From the NCBI RefSeq assembly GCF_009914755.1, contig NC_060939.1: a DNA stretch of 64,000 bases; one strand, 5' to 3'. A program made the translations under genes and the position numbers. Positions within the stretch are counted from its first letter, which is position 1, and each line of letters starts with the position of its first letter. The stretch comes from the human T2T-CHM13v2.0 reference genome, Homo sapiens. This document shows, piece after piece, positions 1 through 9,339 of this stretch. Below the pieces are notes generated by a model. The model searched no databases and was not told where the DNA came from. It worked only from the letters and a program-made list of their open reading frames with translations.

Positions 1-331
1 TAAAAGAGATACTGATGTCACAGATGTAAAAGCCAGAAGGGAACAAGCAACGTGGATATTTAACCTCCAACATGGCCCTTATTTATGGTATCAAATTGGA
101 AACAGAATCAAATTCTTAGCTCAAGTACAGCACAGTTTTAGAAAAAGGGAGGCTTGCCACAGGCACAAAGCTTACGGAAATTTGAGGAGAGACGTAGAGA
201 AACACAAACATGTAAATTGCTCTCTTTTTATGTCTTCCTTCCTACCAATAACCAGATTTCTACTCTATTTCTGTACTTCATTCAACAAATTAAGATTTAC
301 AAGACCCTACATTGCTCTTTTGAGAACTCAC

Positions 332-453
332 CTAAATTTCATCTCTTGGCAAAATAAGAGGTCATCTCTCCTTGCCATCGTTACTTCAACCAACTGACAC
401 AGTTTCGTTTTATTTGAATTGCATGGACCATATTCCCAAGCATACGAACATAC
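332..453 (-). pseudogene. NF1-like exon 23 (legacy 18), 122 nt (1-nt deletion in A-run)
   Basis: tatag|GTATGTTCGTATGCTTGGGAATATGGTCCATGCAATTCAA...GAAATTTAG|gtgagt. Confidence 0.93.
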
Positions 454-735
454 CTATACAGACACAGAGACAATAAAAAAATTATCAGATATAGACAAAA
501 GAGAAAGCATTCAAAGTACTTTAGTCATCAAATAAAATGAACTAAATGTAAGTCTGAAAACAATATTTATTTTTATGAGAACATACACACCTTCTGGTTA
601 CCTGACTGTCACACCCTAGTTTGTGTGCAGTAAAGAATGGCAAATTATTTTATCAATTACTACCAATATCAATGTGTAAGAGGTTTTTCTGATCTCTTAA
701 AGTATGTTTCTGCTACATTTCAGTAGAACGCTTAC

Positions 736-875
736 CTGACCAGATATAACATCATTGGTTCAATGCTAGCTTGCCCTAGATGTTCAGAGCTGCCTTCAGT
801 ATGATTATCTAGCAAGTTCTTCATTATAGCTATGGTTTGCTCTACAAATTGAGTGTTGGTATCCATCAATAAAAA
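736..875 (-). pseudogene. NF1-like exon 22 (legacy 17), 140 nt
   Basis: tatag|TTTTTATTG..., translates to DTNTQFVEQTIAIMKNLLDNHTEGSSEHLGQASIE, ends GGTCAG|gtaagc. Confidence 0.93.
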
Positions 876-1233
876 CTATAGAAAGAACAAATGTATTAAT
901 CATTTGCCATCAATGCCCAGAAGACAGACCTCTAGAGAGATGCAACCGACTGATCTAAACACACAAACACAGAAGTGCACCCACAGGCACACAGCCAAAC
1001 AAGCATACAGATACATGCAGACACTCATACCCATACACAAGGCAGGTATACCCTCAGGCACACATACACACCAGAGTTCCTAAGAAGCAAGCTGACCCCT
1101 ACATTGAGATGACTCTTCTTTCTGCAATTTTTTGGCAATTTTTAAAAACTGTGAGCACCTAATTTAAATAATTGGAAAGAAAAAGCCTTCCTTATTTCAA
1201 ACAAGGTGAAAAATAAAAAAGAGCACACTTTAC

Positions 1234-1673
1234 CTGTCCTTGGGAGTCAAAAAACTTGCTGATGGCATTCTTCAGTTTGTTAAATAGCATCAGATAAAGA
1301 GCAGGACTCAATTCTAGACCCACCAGGTCCTTAACATTGGCCCGTATTTGAAGTCCCACTTTCTCATGGTTACACACCATTAAGGACAACAGCTGATCCA
1401 TACATTTGCTGACAGGTGTACCTGCGTTTCCCTCTGAGGACATCACTGAAATCATGGAACCCTGACATTCACTGACTGGACCCATGGGTGGGCTATAGGT
1501 TGCCAGGCCAGAATTACTTCTCTGCTGGAGGCACACTCCCCCAAGGGCACAAAGGAAGCCAGTCATGTTGATCCATTCCTGTAGGGAGTCTGTGTCAGAC
1601 AAATCTGCGCGTCCTCCTCCACTCAGATGGGATATTCGACTCCTAACAATGGTCATGTGAAACTTTCAGCAGC
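1234..1673 (-). pseudogene. NF1-like exon 21 (legacy 16), 440 nt (1-nt deletion near 5' end)
   Basis: tttag|GCTGCTGAAAG...GACTCCCAAGGACAG|gtaaag. ORF 1192..1656 gives the NF1-like peptide. Confidence 0.95.
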
Positions 1674-1904
1674 CTAAACACAAAATTTTTGGGCAAAGCA
1701 TGAATTAAACCTAAATTAGTTGAGACTTGACAAATTACTCTTTATCCAACATTTCTTCCATGACAAAAGTACAAAAAATGTAAAAAACACATTAAAATCA
1801 ACCCCAAAAATTACCATATACATTTTTAAAGAGCCACTGATTTATTTTTGTCATACACTAATATAATCGCCCAAGTATCAAATTTCTTTTAAAAAGCTTT
1901 GATT

Positions 1905-2265
1905 TCACATGGATGAACCTTGGAAACGTTATGCTAAGTGAAAGAAGCTAATCACAAAAGCCCACATATTCTAAAATTCCATTTACAGAAAAGATCCAGC
2001 AGAGACAAATCTGCAGAGACAGAAAGTAGATTCAAGGTTGCCTAGGGCTGGAGAAGCCGGGGGAAGAGAGACAAGAAAGTGGCGGGGAGGTGGGGTAGGG
2101 TGTTAGAGGCAGAAATAGCTAAAGGATACAGGGGTTTTTTTTCCTCAATTGATGAAATTGTTCTAAAACGGACTGTGGTAATGGTTGCACAACTCTGGGA
2201 ATATACTAAAAACAGCCACTGAATTGGACACTTTAAATGGGTGAATTGTATGGTATATTAAACAG
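1905..2265 (+). mobile_element. Old L1M (L1MB/ME-type) 3' fragment in NF1-like intron
   Basis: ATGGATGAACCTTGGAAAC.TTATGCTAAGTGAAAGAAGC...GTAATGGTTGCACAACTCTG motifs. Confidence 0.75.
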
Positions 2266-2729
2266 TTATCCCCCCAAAAGCTTTCATTCTAAAGCTACAT
2301 GTCCCCTCCAAATAAAGCTATTAGGTACACAATTTTGCTTCATAAAAACATAACATTTTTCTTATTGTAATTAAGTATGACAGAAAAAAAACATGGGGGA
2401 ATAACCAGTTTTTATAAATCGCCTAATAATGAGAGGAATATGAACATTACAAATCAATTACACACAAACACCAACTCATCAATTTCCAGAGTAACAGATA
2501 ATATAGTCAATAGTAATAGTTGAATGAACTGTCCACATTTTAAAATTTCATTTAATCTATGGGTTCAATCTTTTGCCCAAGACATTCCTTAATTAGAATA
2601 CTTAACAAAATAGCAAAATGAATTGTTTCCGTGTTTTTTTTCTCTACCTCTGTTGCTCCTCTTCTGAAAATTCTGTGAAACACCCTGATGAAGGGATAAA
2701 GAGCAAGAAAAGGTCTCTGCAACAGTCTC

Positions 2730-2925
2730 TAGCAGTGCTGCCCAGTATTTCTGTGATGATGGAAACATTTTCTCTCTCTGCTGTCCAGACTGTCATATGT
2801 GGCTACTGGGTACTTGCAATGTGGCTACTATATGATTGAGGAACTAAATTGTATTTAATTTTCATTATGTTAAAATTTAAATAGTCACACGTAGCTAGTG
2901 GCTACCATATTACGAAGTACAGGTC
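2730..2925. mobile_element. hAT-Charlie MER3/MER33-like DNA transposon remnant
   Basis: TTCTGTGATGATGGAAA..., GTGGCTACTG..., TAGTGGCTACCATATT motifs. Confidence 0.6.
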
Positions 2926-3063
2926 TAGATAAACCACAACTAAATATCAGTCTTCAGACAACTATATGCTTACTTTACTGAGTGACTCGTGAGAGATTAC
3001 CAAAGAGAAGGACATATATTTAGCAGATCAGTTAATAGACAAAAGTCAACTTTACAGACTTAC

Positions 3064-3147
3064 CTGGCTGTCATCCATTTTGGCTTTTGGATAGTTAAAG
3101 ATTAGTTTTGTTGCTTGTTCCCATTTTGCATGTGTATCTTCCCAAGC
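3064..3147 (-). pseudogene. NF1-like exon 20 (legacy 15), 84 nt
   Basis: tttag|GCTTGGGAAGATACACATGCAAAATGGGAACAAGCAACA (AWEDTHAKWEQAT)...CCAG|gtaagt. Confidence 0.93.
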
Positions 3148-3381
3148 CTAAAATGAAGGCAATTATCACTTGAAAGCAACTTTAAGTCTAGAGCTAAACG
3201 TCAATCAGCAATGGCCAAGTTTCAAACTTGATGTATAATAAGTACTCAGATATTACACTTCTAACACGCACATATCTTGGATTTACTTCAAAAGCTATTC
3301 CTGATTACACATATGTGACAATAGGTTTCCAAAATTGAGGGTGGGCGCCTAGGAGGGGTGTTTCTCTTGCTAAGAGCACAC

Positions 3382-3454
3382 CTCAGTGTTTCCTGCAGTG
3401 GGATGCTAAGTGCGCCTCCGCAGTGCCATCACTCTTTCTGAAGTGCTGCTGTTC
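3382..3454 (-). pseudogene. NF1-like exon 19 (legacy 14), 73 nt (1-nt deletion)
   Basis: ttag|GAACAGCAGCACTTCAGAAAGAGTGATGGCACTG...AACACTGAG|gtgtgc. Confidence 0.92.
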
Positions 3455-3989
3455 CTAAGCAAATACAACAGCCAATCAAGTCACTGCACTTAGAGCCCTG
3501 CCTGCCAATGGAGAACCTCATAAGCCCTACCCAAAAGGCAGAGTAGGAGGAGCAGAGCAAATGCCTCAAATGATAAAGCCAAAAACTTCCTTTCACTAAC
3601 CTCACAGGAAAGGTACTTATCTTAGACTCTACAATGTCCACAGCACAAAATAGCTATTCCCACCTATAATTTACTCAAAACATATGCCAATGTGCATAAA
3701 ACTTCACTATCTACAACTTAGGTGGAGTAAATTATATGATCACAACTGATAATAACATATACTGCCAGTTATTTTTAAAACGTATAGCATATTAAAAACT
3801 CAGTGGGAGACTATTTCAAATGCTTTTTCTTTTCATCTTTGTTTCATTTCTTTGTTCAGAAAAGGATTTCAAGTAAGCTACTTGAATTTCCCCTGTAAAC
3901 TTACAAAGTAGTAACCTTAAATACATTCTCACAATTAGATGTCACGTGCTTCAGGCAGGTTGAGTAAAAAAACCACTATTCACATTTAC

Positions 3990-4256
3990 CTGTTGACATC
4001 ACATTGCTGACAGAGGCAAACTCCATGAATGTGCTACAGTTGGGCAAGAGGTGATGCACTGACACTTCATCCACCCCACACCAGGTATCTGCTTCCTCAC
4101 AGAGGTGGCGGAAACAGGACATGGCAACCAGAACAGCTTCACTGTCAGGGTTCCACAGAAACATGTACAGCGCCACACTTCTAGTTTGGTCTGCCCTTGT
4201 TGGCAAATCGGGGAAGGGGGGGCGGGGGCGGTTGCACTTCATCCTGCTGCACTATC
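3990..4256 (-). pseudogene. NF1-like exon 18 (legacy 13), 267 nt versus 250 nt in NF1
   Basis: ctctcag|GATAGTGCAGCAGGATGA...TCAACAG|gtaaat. Stop at codon 6 (TGC>TGA), +15 nt in the C-tract and +2 nt (GTGTG). Confidence 0.93.
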
Positions 4257-4327
4257 CTGAGAGTCAAAGTTGTAAGACATATATTTGCAACTTGGGTAAT
4301 TTTATGTATAAAACCCAACAATGCAAT

Positions 4328-4331
<4 letters not shown>

Positions 4332-4360
<29 letters not shown>
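4332..4360. repeat. (TG)14 microsatellite
   Basis: Direct reading. Confidence 0.95.
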
Positions 4361-4635
4361 CTCAGCATACAATAACTCACAAGAGTTTTCTCCTTTAATC
4401 ATCACAGGAATTTTTCAAACCCTCAAATATCTTGTCCAAATGAGAAATGAGATTATCTGGACCAACATAAAGCTACTCTCTGTCCAATTTCAAATCAAAT
4501 AGGTATTATCCTATTCCAGATTCCAGAAACATAAACTGATTCTAACATAAACAGGTAAAACACTGTAACATAAATCTGCTGCAGTAATGATATAATGTAC
4601 TTACCAGTCAATTAGAAATGACAAAAAAAGAAGTA

Positions 4636-4923
4636 GGCCGGGCATGGTGGCTCATGCCTGTAATCCTAGCACTTTGGGAGGCCGAGGTGGGCGGATCATG
4701 AGGTTGGGAGATCGAGACCATCCTGGGCTAACATGGTGAAACCCCGTCTCTACTAAAAACATAAAAAAAACAATTAGCCGGCCGTGGTGGCGGGCACCTG
4801 TAGTCCCAGTTACTCAGGAGAGGCTGAGTCAGGAGAATGGTGTGAACCTGGGAGGCGGAACTTGCAGTGAGTGGAGATTGCGCCACTGCACTCCAGCCTG
4901 GGCGACAGAGTAAGACTCTGTCT

Positions 4924-4958
<35 letters not shown>
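4636..4958 (+). mobile_element. Alu (AluY-like) with long poly(A)
   Basis: GGCCGGGCATGGTGGCTCA...GAGATCGAGACCATCC...poly(A). Confidence 0.95.
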
Positions 4959-4960
<2 letters not shown>

Positions 4961-5184
4961 AAGCCTAGGTTTTAAAGACCAATAAAATAGTAAACGTGAA
5001 CGAGGAAAAAAAGAAATGAGGAAACAGTTACAAACATAGATACTGAAGGTAATTATATGATAATATAGAAATAAAATACAGCCTTTAATTGTACAAGTAA
5101 AATATATAAATATTATATACAACTCTGCACTGATAAAATTGAAAAACATGTTTTGTAGGAAAGAACAAACCATGAAAAGTGACT

Positions 5185-5810
5185 TTAAAAATAATAGAAA
5201 TTCTTCAAAAAATTAAAAATAGAATAACCATATGATCCAGCAATTCCGCTTCTGGATGTATATTCGGAAGAATGAAAGCAGGGCCTTGAAGTTATTTGTA
5301 CACCCATGTTCACAGTAGCATTATTTATAATAGTCAAAAGGTGGAAACAACCGAAAAATCCATTGGCAGATACATTTAGATCAATAAAATGTTGGTATAT
5401 ACATACGATATCATTCAGCTTTCAAGAGGAAGGAAATCCTGACATGCTACAACAAGATGAATACTATTTCAGCCATAAAGAATGAAATCCTGCCTTTCAA
5501 GGCAACATGAATGGAACTGGAGGACATTATGCTAAGTAAAATAAGCCCATGTCAAAAAGACAAATACTGTATGATTCCACTTATGTGACATAGTGAAATT
5601 CAGAGAGACAGAAAGTAGAAGGATGGTTGCAGGAGTTGCAGGTAGGAAAGAATGGAGAGCAGTTGAATAGACACAGAATTTGTTTTGCACAATGAAAAGG
5701 TTTTGGAGATTGGTTGCACAACAATGTGAAAGATAGTGCTACTAAACTGTGTACTTAAAAATGGCTAAGATGGTAAATTTTATGTTATGTGTATTCTACC
5801 GCATAAAAAA
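5185..5810 (+). mobile_element. L1M 3' end fragment(s)
   Basis: CCATATGATCCAGCAATTCC, GGAGGACATTATGCTAAGT, GGTAAATTTTATGTTATGTG. Confidence 0.8.
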
Positions 5811-6534
5811 TTTTAAAGAGAGACAGAAAAACTACATAGATCCATAAGGCAGCTCAAATAAAAGGTGATTAAAGAGTTATTTTAAATAGACAATAGATAG
5901 GCTAGTTCTAGAAACAGCATAAGAAACCAGTAGCAGTACTTGACTTAGGAAGAAAAGTATAAACTGAAGGTCAAGAGGGAGTAGGAAGCTTACTTTTCCA
6001 CTGAATTCCCTTCCTGATGTATAGTGAAAATTTCCATTATGTCAATTTATTTTTTTCTTTAAAACTAATAAGCAAAAGTCAAAGGAAATCTTAAGAGCTT
6101 CTAAACTTGATGATTTTACAATGAATTTCTATCTAATCAGATAATTTCTATTACTTAAATTATTCCAGACCATAGAAAAGAGTAATAGTTCCCAAATTCA
6201 TATTCTAATTTAGCACAAATAAGTGTTAGAATAACTACTTTCAAAAGTGATAATGCATATTATGTTAAATATACACATGTTCTAAGAATCAGAAAGCTGA
6301 AACACTGGAAGGAAATGTTTTATTAAGTAGCTACCCAGTACATTTGCCAATAGCCAACCAGATTTACCTCACGCACACACACAAATCAACATACTAAAAG
6401 TAAGGATTTCCAAACATATTTCCACTCCAAATTTAAAGTGAAAGTTTAAATAACATATAAACCATCTGACTGGATACAATTCAGCCCTAAAGCTAGAGTT
6501 CAGGGCCCCTTATCTTTTGTTCATTATTAATTTT

Positions 6535-7640
6535 AAAATTTTTGATGTATTTATTAGTATTTATGAATAACATAGTAACATTCCCATAGATTTGCAGAGA
6601 TCAAATCGAGGTAATTAGCATATCCATAATCTCATTTATCATTTCTTTGTGCTGGGAACATTCAACATCCTCCTCCTAACTCTTTGAAACTGTGTAACAT
6701 ATTGTTGTTAATTACAGTCATCTTACAGTGCTATACAACACTAGAACTTGCTCTTCCTATCTAGCTGTAATTTTGAAACCTTTAACAAATTGCTTTCTAC
6801 CATCCCTGCACCCTATGCTTCCCAGCCTGTAGTATTCTGTTCTACTTTTTACCTCTATGAGATCAACATTTTTTTAGCTTCCACAAATGAATGAGAACAC
6901 ACAGTACTTAATGTTCTGTCCCTGGCTTACTTCACTTAATATGATGTCCTCCAGTTCAATCCATGTGCCTCAAACTATAGGATTTCATTCTTGCTTATGG
7001 CTAAATAGTATTCCATTGTGTATGTATACCATATTTTCTTTATGCATTCATCTGTTGTTAGATACTTAGGATGATTCCATATCTTGGCTATTGTGAATAG
7101 TGCTGCAATAAACACGGGGGTGCCGATGTCTCGTCAATATACTGATTTCCTTTTCTTTGGATAAATGTCCAATAATATATTGTTGGACCATATAATAGTT
7201 CTATTTGCAGTTTTTTGAGGAACCTCCACACTGTTCTCCATAGTGGCTGTACTAGTTTACATTTCCACTAGCCACATTTAAGTGTTCACTTTTCTCCACA
7301 TCTTTGCCAGCATTTGCTATTTTTTGTCTTTTTGATAGTAGCCATTCTAAGTGGGGTGAGATGACACCTCATTGTGGTTTTGATTTGCATTTCCCTGATG
7401 ACTAGTGATGTTGAGCTTTTTAGGAAAACATATTTGTTGGTTATGTGTCTGTCATCTTTTAAGAAATATCTATTCAGGTCATTTGCCCATTTTTCAGTTG
7501 GATTCTTTTTTTTTTTTTTTTTGCTATTCAGATGTCAAGAGTTCCTTGTATATTCTGGATATTAATCCTCTGCTGGATACATACTTTGCAAATATTTTCT
7601 CCCATTCTGTAGGTTGTCTTTTCACTCTGCCAATTTCTTC
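6535..7640 (-). mobile_element. L1MA 3' region, antisense
   Basis: GGCTATTGTGAATAGTGCTGCAATAAAC, CATTGTGGTTTTGATTTGCATTTCCCTGATG. Confidence 0.85.
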
Positions 7641-7719
7641 CTTTGAATTAATATTAATTTTTTAAAGAAAAGTAACTTAAACGCTTGACAATATGGAATT
7701 AAAAATACAGTACCTTCAA

Positions 7720-7850
7720 GCTGGGTGCGGTGGTGCATGCTTATAGCTGCAGCTATCTGAAGGCTGAGGCAGAAGAGGATCGCGTAAGTCCAGAAGTTTG
7801 AGACCAGCCTGGGCAACATAACAGCAAGACTCAGTCTCTTTTTAAAAAAT
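7720..7850 (+). mobile_element. Free Alu monomer (FLAM-like)
   Basis: GCTGGGTGCGGTGG...TTTGAGACCAGCCTGGGCAACATA, single arm. Confidence 0.75.
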
Positions 7851-7904
7851 GGTATATTCAATTTGGGGAACATGCTACAAATCCTCAAAAAACGGGTACA
7901 GAAG

Positions 7905-8073
7905 AAACATACTGCAACACAATAAAAACCACATGAGAGACCCCCACAGCTAGAATCATATGGAATGGGGAAAAATGGAAAGCTTTTCCTCTAAGATCTG
8001 GAACATGATAAGGATGCCCACTGTCACCACTGTTATTTAACATAGTACTGGAAACCCTAGCTAAAGCAATCAG
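7905..8073 (+). mobile_element. L1 ORF2 (RT region) fragment abutting the GC-rich island
   Basis: AAAGCTTTTCCTCTAAGATCTGGAAC..AAGGATGCCCACT..TTAACATAGTACTGGAA..CCTAGC. Confidence 0.8.
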
Positions 8074-8492
8074 TGCAGCCCCTGATATGGCCCCCAACCC
8101 ACCCTGCCCCCTGCCACCAGCAGTGTAGCCCCCCCGCAATAGCGCACCCAACACACCCAAACCGCCCCGCCTCCCCGAACCACGGGCATTGCAGCACCCC
8201 ATAGCACCCTCAACCTGAAACCACCACCCCCCCGCAACAGCCGTGCAGTGCAGCCCTGGATAGGACACTTAGCCCACCTCACTGTTGCCAGCAATACAGT
8301 CTGGGATAGTTTCCCCAACAGGCTCCCCGCCGAGGGCAGTGCAGCCCCGGTTAGGGCCCCCAAACCACCCCCCGGTGCAGGCAGCACAGCCCCAGATAGC
8401 ACACCTAACCAGCCACCCAAGGTGGGCAGTGACGCCTGAGATAGGGCCCCCAACCCGTCCCAGGCCAAGGGCAGTGCAGCCCTGGATAGCCA
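8072..8492 (+). repeat. Degenerate ~45-bp GC-rich tandem repeat, left arm (~9 units; GGCAGTGCAGCCCCnGATAGCGCCCCCAACCC)
   Basis: Units visible near 8072, 8120, 8188, 8246, 8290, 8336, 8381, 8426 and 8471. Confidence 0.85.
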
Positions 8493-8497
8493 CTTAC

Positions 8498-8727
8498 CCC
8501 GATGCTTTTCTACACTCTGGCCGGTTGCAGTGTCCATCGCTGCCACCAACCGCAGCGGGCAAGGCAAGCCAGCGAGGCAAGGCGAGGCAAGCCGGCGAGG
8601 TGGTGAGCCAGGGAGGCCAGCCACAGCCCGGTAGGCTGCAGCCTCCAGCATGCAGTGGCTGGCACCTCCTACTCCAAGCTGGCAATGGAGCAGCTATGAA
8701 GTCAGACGCCGACAAGGCTGGACTAGT
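8498..8727 (-). ncRNA. Putative mirror-image first exon pointing toward the NF1 pseudogene
   Basis: Follows the minus-strand TATA box, is homologous to the plus-strand exon, and ends at a consensus donor GGG|GTAAGT (8497-8492). Confidence 0.5.
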
Positions 8728-8749
8728 GCAACTCTATCTCTTAACATGC

Positions 8750-8976
8750 TTTATATACCGAGATTATAAACTACATGTTCTGAGTGGATGAGAGGAAAAC
8801 ACTAGGCCTACTCTGATTGGACTTTATTGTCACGTTCTGATTGGTTAGCCTAAGACTTGTTCTGATCCAATCAGAACATGAAAATAACGTCCAATCAGAG
8901 TAGGCGTAGATGTTTCTTTCATCCAATCAGAACGTGAAGTCCGAGAACCAGGCCTGCACAACCCCCAGTATATAAG
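8750..8976. promoter_or_regulatory. Putative bidirectional TATA/CCAAT promoter
   Basis: TATATAAA on minus (8757-8750) and TATATAAG on plus (8969-8976). ATTGG at 8816 and 8840; CCAAT at 8867, 8891 and 8923, all in CCAATCAG context. Lies within a GC/CpG-rich island. Confidence 0.75.
8815..8896 (+). ncRNA. MIR5701: miR-5701 precursor hairpin (mature TTATTGTCACGTTCTGATT at 8824-8842)
   Basis: 82-nt GATTGGACTTTATTGTCACG...AACGTCCAATC inverted repeat matches the recalled miRBase entry; copy (-1/-2/-3) not resolvable. Confidence 0.85.
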
Positions 8977-8999
8977 GTATGCTAAGGGGGCGTCGCGCT

Positions 9000-9332
9000 G
9001 TTGCAGGCTATCGTGTGTTAGCCTCTACTTCTCCCGCAGAGTTTGGAGAAAGCGGCAGCAGAGTGTGCTGCCGCAGGCTGGAGCCTGGAACCTGGAGCCC
9101 TGGAGCCTTGAATGGTGTGTGGTGGCAATGGAGAGAGGCAGCTGGCAGTGACAGCTGCTCCGTGCTTGGCTACAGGAAGGAAAGAAGGAGAAGGCACCTA
9201 CCATAGGCTGTAGGCTAGAGCCTGCAGGACTGCGGCTGGCCTCGCTGGCTCGCCTCCCTGGCTGGCCTCGCTGTGGTTGGTGGCAGCGACGGATACTGCA
9301 GCTGGCCAGAGTGTAGAAAGGCAATGGGGTAG
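9000..9332 (+). ncRNA. LINC01193: Putative first exon of CT60/LINC01193-type lncRNA
   Basis: Starts ~25-30 nt after the TATA box and ends at donor GGG|GTAGGT (9329) or TAG|GTAAGC (9333). Position next to MIR5701 and the NF1 pseudogene agrees with recalled annotation; the TSS is estimated. Confidence 0.6.
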
Positions 9333-9339
9333 GTAAGCT

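Larger units (their letters stand above)
332..4256 (-). pseudogene. NF1P1: Unprocessed neurofibromin (NF1) pseudogene, exons 18-23 with introns; continues beyond the left window edge
   Basis: Minus-strand translations match neurofibromin (ALYMFLWNPD.EAVLVAMSCFRHLCEEAD; LQEWINMTGFLCALGGVCLQQRSNSGLATYSPPMGP). Exon sizes and spacing match NF1. There is an in-frame TGA and several frameshifts. The exact paralog symbol (NF1P1 versus other chr15 copies) is uncertain. Confidence 0.95.

Noticed and set aside
1192-1656. Functional NF1 gene
   Set aside because: Stop in exon 18, frameshifts in exons 18, 19, 21 and 23, and upstream exons missing.
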